In this document: in pieces, positions 47,328-56,647 of the stretch
Position numbering within the stretch: the first letter of the stretch is position 1
Layout: each line of letters begins with the position of its first letter
NCBI GenBank assembly: GCA_963666895.2
Contig: CAXXNS010000001.1
Location: 76,421 to 140,420, forward strand
Length of the DNA: 64,000 nucleotides
Source: Desulfovibrionaceae bacterium
GTDB taxonomy: Bacteria > Desulfobacterota > Desulfovibrionia > Desulfovibrionales > Desulfovibrionaceae
Reading direction: 5' to 3'
The notes under the pieces: generated by a model
What the model was told of the DNA's origin: nothing
The model's input: only the letters and a program-made list of their open reading frames with translations
Database searches by the model: none
Made by a program: the position numbers and the translations under genes

Positions 47328-48515
47328 ATGAGCGACCCCAAGGAATTCTCCGGAAAAACACTGGACGAAGCCATCCAGATGGCCTGCGACCACTTCAAGC
47401 TGGAACGCGGCAAGCTGGAGATCGAGATCATGTCTGGCGGCTCCACCGGCATCTTCGGGCTGGTGGGCGTGAAAAAGGCATCCATCAAGGCCCGGCCCAG
47501 GGGCAAATTCGACCCTCTGGACAAGCCCGCGGACAAGCCCAATCCCACGGACAAACCCAAGTCCGACGAAAAGCCCAAGGCGGCGGACAAGCCCAAGCGC
47601 GGGTCCAAGCCCAAGGCCAAGGCCAAGCCCGAACCCACGGCCGAGGCCAAAGCCGAGGACAAGCCCGCGGCTGAAACCGAAGCCAAGTCCGACGACAAGC
47701 CCGCCCGCTCCTCCCGGAGCCGGGGACGGGGACGAGGACGGGGCAAGGCCAAGGCCAAGCCCGATGCCAAGCCCGAGGCCAAGGAAGAAGCCAAGCCCGA
47801 GGCTTCGGCCGAGCCCGCGCCCTTTGACGACTTCGGAGGCGGCGGCTGGGACGGAACCGACGACCTGGACGAGCCCAACGGCAACATGGAGCCGGGCCCC
47901 GGGAACAGGGACGGACGCGGCCAGCGCGGCAAGGGACGCGGCGGACGCGGCCGGAGCCGCGGAGCAAAGCCCGAGAAGCGGCCCGAGCCCAACGGCAACA
48001 AGGCCCGGCCCGACCGCGCCGAACGCCCGATCCAGGACATCTCCAAGCTCGACAGAAAGGTTCTGGAAAGCACGGTGCGCCAGGTGGTGGCCAGGCTCCT
48101 GGGCGACCTGGTCCAGGCCCCGCAACTCTCGGTGCGCATCGAGAAGGACAAGGTCCTGGTGTCCATAGAGGACGAGGAGAACTCCGGCCTGATCATCGGC
48201 CGCGAGGGCCAGACCCTGGCCGCGCTCCAGTACCTGACCACGCGCATCGTGTCCCGCCACATGGACGCCTCGGTACGCGTGCAGCTGGACACGGGCGACT
48301 ACCGCGAGCGCCAGAACGACAAGCTCCGAGAAATGGCCCACGAGTTGGCCGCCAAGTCCGTCTCCACGGGCAAGGTGCAGTCCACCCGGCCCATGAGCTC
48401 GTACCACCGCCGCGTGGTGCACCTGGCCCTGCAGGACGCCCCGGGCGTGACCACCCGCAGCAAGGGCGAGGGCCCCACCAAACGGGTGCTCATCCTGCCG
48501 AAAAGAACCGGCTGA
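47328..48515 (+). CDS. khpB: Jag/KhpB RNA-binding protein (Jag_N, KH, R3H) with a long low-complexity insert
   Basis: Jag_N start FSGKTLDEAIQMACDHFKL. KH/R3H end (..IIGREGQTLAALQYL.., SYHRRVVHLAL). About 190 aa of Lys/Pro/Glu/Ala and RG/RGG-rich sequence lie in between. Confidence 0.85.
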   Translation: MSDPKEFSGKTLDEAIQMACDHFKLERGKLEIEIMSGGSTGIFGLVGVKKASIKARPRGKFDPLDKPADKPNPTDKPKSDEKPKAADKPKRGSKPKAKAKPEPTAEAKAEDKPAAETEAKSDDKPARSSRSRGRGRGRGKAKAKPDAKPEAKEEAKPEASAEPAPFDDFGGGGWDGTDDLDEPNGNMEPGPGNRDGRGQRGKGRGGRGRSRGAKPEKRPEPNGNKARPDRAERPIQDISKLDRKVLESTVRQVVARLLGDLVQAPQLSVRIEKDKVLVSIEDEENSGLIIGREGQTLAALQYLTTRIVSRHMDASVRVQLDTGDYRERQNDKLREMAHELAAKSVSTGKVQSTRPMSSYHRRVVHLALQDAPGVTTRSKGEGPTKRVLILPKRTG

Positions 48516-48541
48516 CCGCGACACACGAAACACCGTGACCA

Positions 48542-48567
48542 AGGGGCGCCTCCGGGCGCCTCTTTTC
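48542..48567 (+). terminator. Rho-independent terminator after khpB
   Basis: AGGGGCGCC tccg GGCGCCTCT followed by TTTC. Confidence 0.65.
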
Positions 48568-48596
48568 TTGCGCAGGGCTTCCTGCTAGGTTCCGCC

Positions 48597-49523
48597 ATGT
48601 TCTCCAGACTGATCAAACCTTCCACCCGGCGCTTTTGGGCGGCCGGCAAGGAACAGGGGCTGACCCTGTCCGAGCGCGTGCATGCCTACGCCTACGCCCG
48701 CTGGCCCTACCACTACATCGGCATGGTCCACGGCAAGTACAAGCTCCTGGCCGTGCTGCTGGGTCCGGTCGTCTGGCTCCTCAACCGCCGCCACCCCTTC
48801 AGGCCCGGCCCGGAAGCGGCCACGGGCGACCCCAACCAGCGCAAGGCCAGCTTCGCGGACACCTACCACGGCAAGGCCATGCCCGTGGCCGAGGCGGCCA
48901 AGCTGGTGCGGGTGAACCGCGCCGTGCGGGTGGAGATGCCCGAGCAGGTGGTGCCCTACACCCGGGCCCGGGACATCGTGCTCCAGGCCGACACCAAGAT
49001 CATCCTGCTGGACTGCCCCTGCCGGGCCGGGCGGCCGAACCCCTGCACGCCCACGGACGTGTGCATCATCGTGGGCGACGAACTGGGGGACTTCCTGCTG
49101 GAGCACCAGCCTGGCCGTTGCCGGATTATCGACGCGGACCAGGCCGTGGCGGTCATCGAGGCCGAAAACAAACGCGGCCACGTGGCCCACGCCTTTTTCA
49201 AGGACGTCATGCTGGGCCGGTTCTACGCCATCTGCAACTGCTGCTCCTGCTGCTGCGGGGCCATGAAGGCCCACCGCCACGGCGTGGCCATGCTCTGCTC
49301 CTCGGGCTACCTGGCCGAGGCGGACCCGGAGGCCTGCATCGCCTGCGGCCTGTGCGTGAAGCGCTGCCAGTTCCAGGCCGTGACCATGACCGACGCCGGG
49401 CCGCGCATCGACGAGTCCAAGTGCATGGGCTGCGGGGTCTGCGTCACGGGCTGCCCCGAGCAGGCCATGACCCTGCGCCTGGCCCCGGAAAAGGGCGCGC
49501 CCCTGGAAGTGGACCTCCTGTAG
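48597..49523 (+). CDS. Cys-rich 4Fe-4S dicluster-domain protein with N-terminal hydrophobic segment
   Basis: 308 aa. Motifs CPCRAGRPNPCTPTDVC, CNCCSCCCG and two ferredoxin motifs, CIACGLCVKRC and CMGCGVCVTGCP. Confidence 0.75.
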   Translation: MFSRLIKPSTRRFWAAGKEQGLTLSERVHAYAYARWPYHYIGMVHGKYKLLAVLLGPVVWLLNRRHPFRPGPEAATGDPNQRKASFADTYHGKAMPVAEAAKLVRVNRAVRVEMPEQVVPYTRARDIVLQADTKIILLDCPCRAGRPNPCTPTDVCIIVGDELGDFLLEHQPGRCRIIDADQAVAVIEAENKRGHVAHAFFKDVMLGRFYAICNCCSCCCGAMKAHRHGVAMLCSSGYLAEADPEACIACGLCVKRCQFQAVTMTDAGPRIDESKCMGCGVCVTGCPEQAMTLRLAPEKGAPLEVDLL

Positions 49524-49540
49524 ACCCGCGAGGACCGGCC

Positions 49541-50917
49541 ATGTCCGAACGCACCCGCGACACCATCGCCGCCGTGGCCACCCCGACCGGATCGGGCGGC
49601 CTGGCCGTGGTCCGCGTCAGCGGCCCCAAGGCCCTGGACGTGGCCCGGGCCGTGTTCGCACCCTCGCACGGGGACGAACTCCAGCCCCGCCATCTGCGCC
49701 ACGGCCACGTCAAGGACGGTTCGGGCCGGGTGCTGGACGAGGTCCTGGCCGTATACCTGCCCGGTCCCGGGTCCTACACGGGCGAGGACACGGTGGAAAT
49801 TTCCGGCCACGGCGGACCGGCCGTGGTCCGGGCCGTTCTGGAAGCCGTGCTCCAAACCGGGGCCCGGCCCGCCCAGCGCGGGGAGTTCACCCGGCGGGCC
49901 TTTTTAAACGGCCGCCTGGACCTGACCCAGGCCGAGGCCGTGGCCGAGCTCATCCACGCCCCGACCAAGGCGGCCCTGCACCTGGCCCAGACCAAGCTGT
50001 CCGGCGCGCTGGGCCGCAAGGTGGACGCCCTGCGCCAGCGGCTGTCCGGCCTGCGCGAGCAGTTCTGCCTGGCCGTGGACTTTCCCGAGGACGAGGTGGA
50101 ATGCCTGCCCCCCGAAGAGCTGGACCGGGCCGTGGCCCAGGCCGTGGCCGGGCTGGACGAGCTCCTGGCCGGGGTGGACCGGGCCCGGGCCTGGCGCGAG
50201 GGAGCCCTGGCCGTGCTCATGGGCCGGGTCAACGCGGGCAAGTCCAGCCTGATGAACGCGCTGCTGGGCCGCGAACGGGCCATCGTCACCGAGGAGCCGG
50301 GCACCACCCGGGACTACCTGGAGGAGCCCGTGGACCTGGACGGGCTGGTGGTCCGGCTGGCGGACACGGCCGGACTGCGCCAATCTTCGGGCGCCGTGGA
50401 ACGGGCGGGCATGGACCTGGGCAAGGACCTGGCCGGACGCGCCGACCTGGTGCTCTTCGTGCTGGACGGCTCCCTGTCCCTGCCCACGGAGGACCTGGAG
50501 GCCGCCCTGGGCCACGGGCCAAAACGCGTCCTGGCCGTGGTCAACAAGAACGATCTGAAGCCCTGCCCCGAAGCGACCGAGGCCCTGGACCGGGCCGGGG
50601 TGGAGCACCTGTCGGTTTCGGCAACAACCGGCCACGGCCTGGACCAACTCTGCGCCCGCATGCGGGAGCGCATCCTGTCGGGCGGGGGCGAGCCCGATCC
50701 GGACGAGGTGGCCCCCAACACCCGCCAGGCCGGGCTGCTCCGACAGGCGCGCCAAGAGCTGGCCGCCCTGCGTGAGGACGCGGCCCAAGGCACCCCGCCG
50801 GACCTGCTGTCCGTGCGTTTGGACACGGCCTGCCGCCGCCTGGAGGACATCGTGGGCTACCAGGCCCCGGAAACCGTGCTCAACCGGATTTTCGACACCT
50901 TCTGCATCGGCAAGTGA
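49541..50917 (+). CDS. mnmE: tRNA modification GTPase MnmE
   Basis: DTIAAVATP N-terminus, G-domain GRVNAGKSSLMNALL / DTAG / NKND, and C-terminal FCIGK. In frame within track ORF 48635..50917. Confidence 0.95.
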   Translation: MSERTRDTIAAVATPTGSGGLAVVRVSGPKALDVARAVFAPSHGDELQPRHLRHGHVKDGSGRVLDEVLAVYLPGPGSYTGEDTVEISGHGGPAVVRAVLEAVLQTGARPAQRGEFTRRAFLNGRLDLTQAEAVAELIHAPTKAALHLAQTKLSGALGRKVDALRQRLSGLREQFCLAVDFPEDEVECLPPEELDRAVAQAVAGLDELLAGVDRARAWREGALAVLMGRVNAGKSSLMNALLGRERAIVTEEPGTTRDYLEEPVDLDGLVVRLADTAGLRQSSGAVERAGMDLGKDLAGRADLVLFVLDGSLSLPTEDLEAALGHGPKRVLAVVNKNDLKPCPEATEALDRAGVEHLSVSATTGHGLDQLCARMRERILSGGGEPDPDEVAPNTRQAGLLRQARQELAALREDAAQGTPPDLLSVRLDTACRRLEDIVGYQAPETVLNRIFDTFCIGK

Positions 50918-50930
50918 AACGGAGGAGCCC

Positions 50931-51203
50931 GTGCCCGACAACGAACAAGTGACCCTGGACGTACGCCAGACCGTGTGCGGCCTGATGCCCGAACTCTTGA
51001 ACCATTTGGAGCGGCTCAAGAACACCGAAGTCCGGGAGGTGACCTTCCTGGTCCGGCCCGGCGTGCGCGACGAGATCGTGTCCGCCCTGGGCACGGGCGG
51101 GCGCTGGGGCCTGGCCTTTGAGACCGCCATCGGACACGACGTGCTCATCTGCACCCGCCGCATCGAGGCGGACAAACCGAGCCTCAACCTGCTCGACTAC
51201 TGA
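50931..51203 (+). CDS. Small hypothetical protein (weak TusA/SirA-like look)
   Basis: GTG 50931 sits behind GGAGGAG. 90 aa: VPDNEQVTLDVRQTVCGLMPELLNHLERLKNTEVREVTFLV... The canonical CPxP motif is absent. Confidence 0.5.
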   Translation: MPDNEQVTLDVRQTVCGLMPELLNHLERLKNTEVREVTFLVRPGVRDEIVSALGTGGRWGLAFETAIGHDVLICTRRIEADKPSLNLLDY

Positions 51204-51215
51204 ACCGGAGACCCC

Positions 51216-51665
51216 ATGCGCAAGGACGTGACCGACGACTGGACCGTGGTCTCGGACATCCTGGACCGGGCCGAAATCCTTTTCCTGGGCCTGCCCGGCG
51301 GCCAAGCCCCCTACGTGCTGCCCGTGAACTTCGCCCGCATGGGCAAGAGCCTGGTCCTGCACTCCTCGCGCAAGGGGAGCAAGGCCGAGACGCTCCGCGC
51401 CGGCGGGCTGGTGGGCTTCTCCGCCTTGTCCAAGGCCGAGCCCAAGACCGGAGACGCGGCCTGCAAGTTCGGCTACCGCTTCGAGAGCGTGGTCGGCCGG
51501 GGAACGGCCCGGGAGATCACGGACCCGGACCAGCGCAGGGCCGCCCTGGACACGGTGTCCAAAAAGTACGGCGCGGCCGGACTGCCCGTGGACCAGGCCG
51601 TGTTCGAGAAGACCGCCCTGTTCGTCATCGAGGTGGACCAGGCCACGGCCCGCATCAAGAAATAA
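51216..51665 (+). CDS. Pyridoxamine 5'-phosphate oxidase-like FMN-binding (NimA-type) protein
   Basis: 149 aa with a split-barrel family look (PYVLPVNFA.., LHSSRKGSK.., ALFVIEVDQATARIK). Confidence 0.75.
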   Translation: MRKDVTDDWTVVSDILDRAEILFLGLPGGQAPYVLPVNFARMGKSLVLHSSRKGSKAETLRAGGLVGFSALSKAEPKTGDAACKFGYRFESVVGRGTAREITDPDQRRAALDTVSKKYGAAGLPVDQAVFEKTALFVIEVDQATARIKK

Positions 51666-51668
51666 AAT

Positions 51669-51692
51669 CGGCCCGGGGTCTCCCCCGGGCCG
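51669..51692. terminator. Bidirectional terminator-like hairpin
   Basis: Perfect 10-bp stem CGGCCCGGGG tctc CCCCGGGCCG between convergent genes. Confidence 0.55.
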
Positions 51693-51714
51693 GATTCCTT
51701 GCCTGTCCCGCCGC

Positions 51715-52221
51715 CTAGGCGGCTTCTTCCGACGAGTCTTCCGCCAGTTCACCGGCCAGGGCCAGTTCCTCGGCCGAGAAGACCTTGCCGATGTCCAGGA
51801 TGATGACGAACTCCTCGCCCTGGCGGCCCATGCCCCGAATGTAGTCCGCCTTGATGGCGGCCCCCATCTTGGGCGCGGGCTCCACGGCCTCGGGCGGCAT
51901 CTCGAAGACCTCGCGCACCGAGTCCACCAGGGCGCCCATGACGGTGACGTCGTCCCCGACCAAAAGCTCCACGATGATGATGCAGGTGTCCACGGTGTCC
52001 TCGACCCGGGACATGCCGAACTTCATGCGCATGTCCACCACGGGCACCGCGTGGCCCCGCAGGTTGATCACCCCGCGCATGAATTCGGGGGTGCGCGGGA
52101 TGTGGGTGATGGCGGGCAATTCCAGGACTTCGCGCACGGTTCCGATGTCCACGGCGAAGATCTCCTTGCCCAGGGTAAACGTCAGGAACTGATTCAGGTC
52201 TATCTGGTCCACTTCTGACAT
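51715..52221 (-). CDS. cheW: Chemotaxis coupling protein CheW
   Basis: 168 aa: FLTFTLGKEIFAVDIGTVREVLE.., MRGVINLRGHAVPVVDMR.., FVIILDIGKVFS. Confidence 0.9.
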   Translation of the reverse strand: MSEVDQIDLNQFLTFTLGKEIFAVDIGTVREVLELPAITHIPRTPEFMRGVINLRGHAVPVVDMRMKFGMSRVEDTVDTCIIIVELLVGDDVTVMGALVDSVREVFEMPPEAVEPAPKMGAAIKADYIRGMGRQGEEFVIILDIGKVFSAEELALAGELAEDSSEEAA

Positions 52222-52252
52222 GGTCGATTCCTCCTTTAAGGATCGACGGCGG

Positions 52253-54283
52253 CTAGAACCGCTCGAAATCCTTATCGTCAGCGTCCGGGCTCATGTCCAG
52301 GTCCACGCCCTTTCCCGAGGCGGCCTTGGCCTTGCCGGGCTTGCCGCCTTCCAGCGCGGCCACGGGCTCCCGCTTGACTTCCACCCTCTTGCCGCTGCCG
52401 CCGGGTTCGTCCACCCGGAAGAAGCTCATGGTCTGTTGCAACTGCTGGCCCTGGCTGGACAATTCCTCGGAAGTGGAGGCCATTTCCTCGGACGCCGAGG
52501 CGTTCTGCTGGATGACCTGGTCCAGCTGCTGGATGGCCTTGTTGATCTGGTTCACGCCCGAATCCTGCTCCGCGCTGGCCGCGGCGATCTCCTGCACCAG
52601 CTCGGCGGTCTTGTGGATGTCCGGCACCAACTTGGTCAGCATCTGCCCGGCCTGCTCGGCCACCTCCACCGAAGAGGCGGAGAGTTCGCTGATCTCGGCC
52701 GCGGCCTCGCCCGACCGCTCGGCCAGCTTGCGCACCTCGGCCGCCACCACTGCGAAGCCCTTGCCGTGCTCGCCGGCCCGGGCCGCCTCGATGGCCGCGT
52801 TCAGGGCCAACAGGTTGGTCTGTCGCGCGATCTCCTCGATGATGGAGATCTTTTCGGCGATGTCCTTCATGGCCGACACGGTCTGGGACACGGCCGAGCC
52901 GCCCTCTTCCGCGTCCTTGGCAGCCTGCTGGGCGATGCTCTCGGTCTGACGGGCGTTGTCCGCGTTCTGGCGGATGTTGGCGCTCATCTGCTCCATGCTC
53001 GAGGACACCTCCTCGATGCTGGCCGCCTGTTCGGTGGCGCCCTGGGACAGTCCCTGGGCCGCGGCGGAAAGCTCCTCGCTGCCCGAGGCCACGTTCTCGG
53101 TGGCCGACTGCACGTCATGCACCACGGACCGCAGCTTGCCGACCATGTCGTTGAGGGCTCCGGCCAGGACGCCCACCTCGTCGCGCTGGCGCACTTCCAG
53201 GGTGTTGGTGAAGTCGCCCTCGGCCATGCCCTCGGCAAAGGTCACGCCGCGCAGCACGGGCTTGGTGATGGCCCGGGTCAGGAAGAAGGCGATGAGCACG
53301 CCGATGACCAGGGCCATGGCCAGGCCCACGATCATGATGAACGAGGCCTGGGCCAGGGCGGACACGGCCGTGTCGGCCCGGTCCTGGGTGCCCTGGACAC
53401 CGGCCAAGGCGGTGTTCTTGGCCGCCTCAAGCACCTTCTCGGCCGCGGCCTCCCGCAGGGGACGCAGTTCGGCCAACCGGTTGAATCCGTCCAGATAGCC
53501 CAACATGGCGTCGCCGTAGGTCTTGGCGGAGGCCCGGATGGCCGTGATCTGGTCAATGTTCACCTGCTTGCGGGTGACGGCCTCCAGTTCGCCGAGGACC
53601 TCCTCCATCTTGGGAAAGTTCTCGGCCGCCTTGGTCATCAACGCGGGCTCCCGCATGGCCTGGGACTTGAAGTTCCCGACCCGGGTCTCGTTGCCCAGGT
53701 TGATGACCTGCTGGACCAGGGAGATCTTCTCGAGCCGTTCGGCCAGCCGGGGATACTCCACCCCGGCCCGGGCCTCCTGGTCCATGGCCTCGTACTGGGA
53801 GGCCAGGAACTGCCTGCAATTTTCCATATACGTGCCCGCGGCCGTGTCCATGACGCCGCGCAGCTCTTCCAGCCTGATCACCACCTTATTGCTCTCCGCG
53901 ATCAGGGTGGCGTAGGCGTCCATCCCCTCCTGGGCCTGCTCGACGCCCGCGGCCAGCTTGACCAGCTCCGGATACTTCTGGGCGTGCTCCCTGCTCTCGG
54001 CAAGGAAGCCCATGGCGTTCTCCACGTGCTTCATCCCCCTGTCATAGAAGGATGAATCCTGGCTCAAGGTGTAGCCGCGCATTTCGTACATGAGCAACAG
54101 GGAGGAACGCTCCAGGTCATTGGCCATGCGCACTTCGGGTACATATTCCTCGGCCAGTTTCGTGGAATCGCTACGCACCTGCTGCATGTTCAGCACGGCC
54201 ACGCCGCCCAAGGCCGCCGCGATGACGATCAACAGGCCGAAGCCCAGCCCCAGTTTCCATCCCAGCTTTAGATTCTTCAACAT
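52253..54283 (-). CDS. Methyl-accepting chemotaxis protein
   Basis: N-terminal TM helix, periplasmic helical sensor, HAMP, and a conserved signalling hairpin ([40 protein letters not shown]). GGAGGGA RBS before ATG 54283. Confidence 0.9.
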   Translation of the reverse strand: MLKNLKLGWKLGLGFGLLIVIAAALGGVAVLNMQQVRSDSTKLAEEYVPEVRMANDLERSSLLLMYEMRGYTLSQDSSFYDRGMKHVENAMGFLAESREHAQKYPELVKLAAGVEQAQEGMDAYATLIAESNKVVIRLEELRGVMDTAAGTYMENCRQFLASQYEAMDQEARAGVEYPRLAERLEKISLVQQVINLGNETRVGNFKSQAMREPALMTKAAENFPKMEEVLGELEAVTRKQVNIDQITAIRASAKTYGDAMLGYLDGFNRLAELRPLREAAAEKVLEAAKNTALAGVQGTQDRADTAVSALAQASFIMIVGLAMALVIGVLIAFFLTRAITKPVLRGVTFAEGMAEGDFTNTLEVRQRDEVGVLAGALNDMVGKLRSVVHDVQSATENVASGSEELSAAAQGLSQGATEQAASIEEVSSSMEQMSANIRQNADNARQTESIAQQAAKDAEEGGSAVSQTVSAMKDIAEKISIIEEIARQTNLLALNAAIEAARAGEHGKGFAVVAAEVRKLAERSGEAAAEISELSASSVEVAEQAGQMLTKLVPDIHKTAELVQEIAAASAEQDSGVNQINKAIQQLDQVIQQNASASEEMASTSEELSSQGQQLQQTMSFFRVDEPGGSGKRVEVKREPVAALEGGKPGKAKAASGKGVDLDMSPDADDKDFERF

Positions 54284-54597
54284 GTTCCCTCCGCTCCTTC
54301 TGCTTGCCAACCACGCAATCGCCCCATAATGCGGGTGCTCACACACAAACTTAAAACTTGTGCCCCGACAAAAACAAACATCTCATAAACGATACATTCT
54401 AATCTAATATCAATAGCATACCAGCTGTAAAAAAACTTTACAACTACCAATCAGACTTTGTGCGTTACTCCGCTCGCATCGTCGCGTCGCCGTAGGCGCA
54501 TCGCTCCAATAACAGGAGGCTATACAAGCCAATACTTCAAAAGTATCTTGTGTGGGGAAAAATGGCAACACGGGATGCGTATTGCCGGGAAGAAAAA

Positions 54598-56433
54598 TCA
54601 GTCCGTGTCTTTTCCCGGCGTTCCGTGGTGCGCCAGATAGGCTTCGGCCGCCTCCGGACCCATGAAGCGGTCCATCATCTTGCGGGGCATGTTGGGGATG
54701 TCCACCAGGATCAGCCCGTCCATGCAGTCGCCGAACTCAGGGTCGATGTTGAAGGCCAGGATGCGGCCTCCGAGCTTCATGTACTGCCGGTAGAGCACCG
54801 GGATGCCCCGGCCGACCTCGATGTCGTCCACGATGGAGCCCAGGTTCTCGGGATCGTCGAAGGCCGACTCGGGCAGGGACACGTCGAGCCGCTTGAGCCG
54901 CTTGAGCTTGGGCGGCTTCTTGGGCTTGACCATGCGGGCCAGTTCCGGAGAGGAGCGGTGCTTCTCCAGGAAGCGGATCATCACCTCGCGGGATATCTCG
55001 GAATAGTCGCTGGACATGGACACGCAGCCGAACATGGTCTTGTAGTCCATGTTGCGCCGCATGTAGACCCCGATGGCCCGCCAGAGCAGGAGCAGGGCCT
55101 GATAGCTCCTCTGGTACTTGACCAGGATGAAGGAGCGTCCGAACTCCAGGGCCGGGTTGATGAGGTCCATGAGCTCCGGGCCGAACCGGAACAAGGTCCG
55201 GGAATAGAGGCCGTGCACGCCCTGCCGGACCATGATCTCGTCGCAGCGGGCGAAACGGTAGGCCCCGGCCACCTCCATGTCCTCGCGGTTGAAGAGCACC
55301 AGGTGGCGATAGGTGTCGTCGAAGCGGTCCAGGTCCAGGGCGCGTCCCGTGCCCTCGCCCACCGGCCGGAAGGTCTCCTCCCTGAGCCGCCCGATCTCGC
55401 GCAGCATGCCCGGGATGCGGGCCGCCCCGGCCTGAAAGACCACGAACGCCCCGGACTCCACCAGGATGTGGTCCTCGGTCAGCCGATCCAGCTCGGCCTT
55501 GAGCTGCTCGCGGTCCACGGGCTCGGCAATGGGCTCCATCTCCAGGCCCGCGGCCGCGGCCTTGCGCCGGGACTTGGCCTCGCCGTGGCGGCAGAGCAGG
55601 TGGGTGCGGAAACGCAAATAGTCGATGAGCTCCTCGTCGGTCTCGTAGCGCTCCAGCTTCTCGAACGGCAATGGGTTGCCCACGTAAGCGTGGATGGGCT
55701 TGTTCATCCAGCGCAGGTTGGCCCTGGGGATCATGGCCGTGCGCAGCCGGGGGTGAATCAGGCCCATGGCATGGAACAGGGGGCCGTGCTTGCCCTGGAA
55801 GCAGATGGGCACCACGCTGGCCCTGGTGCGCCGGGCCAGTCCGGCGATGACCGGGCTCCAGGCGTTGTCCCGCACCATGCGCTTCTTGAGCCGGAGCGAG
55901 GCCACCTCGCCGGCCGGGAAGACCATGAGGCAGTGGCCGTCCTTGAGCCACTTGAGGGCTTTCTTGATGCCGCCCATGTTTTTCTGGGCCGCGTCCTTGC
56001 CCCCGAACACGTCCACCTCGTACATCAGGGCGGCGTATTCTGGGACGACCATCATCATCTGGTTGGAGAGGGCGCGCACGTCCTCGCGCACCGAGCCCAC
56101 GAGCTGGAACAGGAGCAGGCCGTCCACCACGCCGAAGGGGTGGTTGCTGACGACCAGCACCGGCCCGGTCTTGGGAATCCGCTTGACCATCTCCTCGGGC
56201 ACCTGGAGGTCCAGGCCCGTGACCTCGGCCACGATCTCCTCGAACCGCTTGTCCGGATTGTCGGGCTGCCTGGCCTTGAACTCGTTGTAAATCCAGTTCA
56301 GCTTCTTGAAGCACAACAGGCGGGCCAGGGGACGTTTCACGGCCGAAAACAGCATTTTGCGGATGGGATCCTTGAACGGTTCCCTGAAGCGGAAGATGTC
56401 TTCGTGGCCTCGCCTATTGTCCTGTTTGGTCAT
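54598..56433 (-). CDS. Two-domain acyltransferase: PlsC-type (HxxxxD) N-terminal half + OlsB/GNAT-like C-terminal half (OlsF-like)
   Basis: NHPFGVVDG and FPAGEV motifs in the N-terminal half. C-terminal half reads ..LREETFRPVGEGTGRALDLDRFD..YRHLVLFN... AGGAGA RBS before ATG 56433 (the track start is 56610). Confidence 0.7.
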   Translation of the reverse strand: MTKQDNRRGHEDIFRFREPFKDPIRKMLFSAVKRPLARLLCFKKLNWIYNEFKARQPDNPDKRFEEIVAEVTGLDLQVPEEMVKRIPKTGPVLVVSNHPFGVVDGLLLFQLVGSVREDVRALSNQMMMVVPEYAALMYEVDVFGGKDAAQKNMGGIKKALKWLKDGHCLMVFPAGEVASLRLKKRMVRDNAWSPVIAGLARRTRASVVPICFQGKHGPLFHAMGLIHPRLRTAMIPRANLRWMNKPIHAYVGNPLPFEKLERYETDEELIDYLRFRTHLLCRHGEAKSRRKAAAAGLEMEPIAEPVDREQLKAELDRLTEDHILVESGAFVVFQAGAARIPGMLREIGRLREETFRPVGEGTGRALDLDRFDDTYRHLVLFNREDMEVAGAYRFARCDEIMVRQGVHGLYSRTLFRFGPELMDLINPALEFGRSFILVKYQRSYQALLLLWRAIGVYMRRNMDYKTMFGCVSMSSDYSEISREVMIRFLEKHRSSPELARMVKPKKPPKLKRLKRLDVSLPESAFDDPENLGSIVDDIEVGRGIPVLYRQYMKLGGRILAFNIDPEFGDCMDGLILVDIPNMPRKMMDRFMGPEAAEAYLAHHGTPGKDTD

Positions 56434-56647
56434 GGATTCTCCTGTGAAAGGGTCGGCATTCTTACCAGAAAAACCAGCCCTGGTAAATACGTGCCTCCCG
56501 GGCCGAAGCGGCGAAAACCCCCGCCGGGCAAGGCCTGGCCCGGTCAGCCGATTTTGACGAACCGTAACATATTTCCTGTCCGGGGATGCGTGCCAGGCGC
56601 CCGCGCCCACGCTTTACACCGGCGGCCGGAAAGCATACTCGTGGCCC

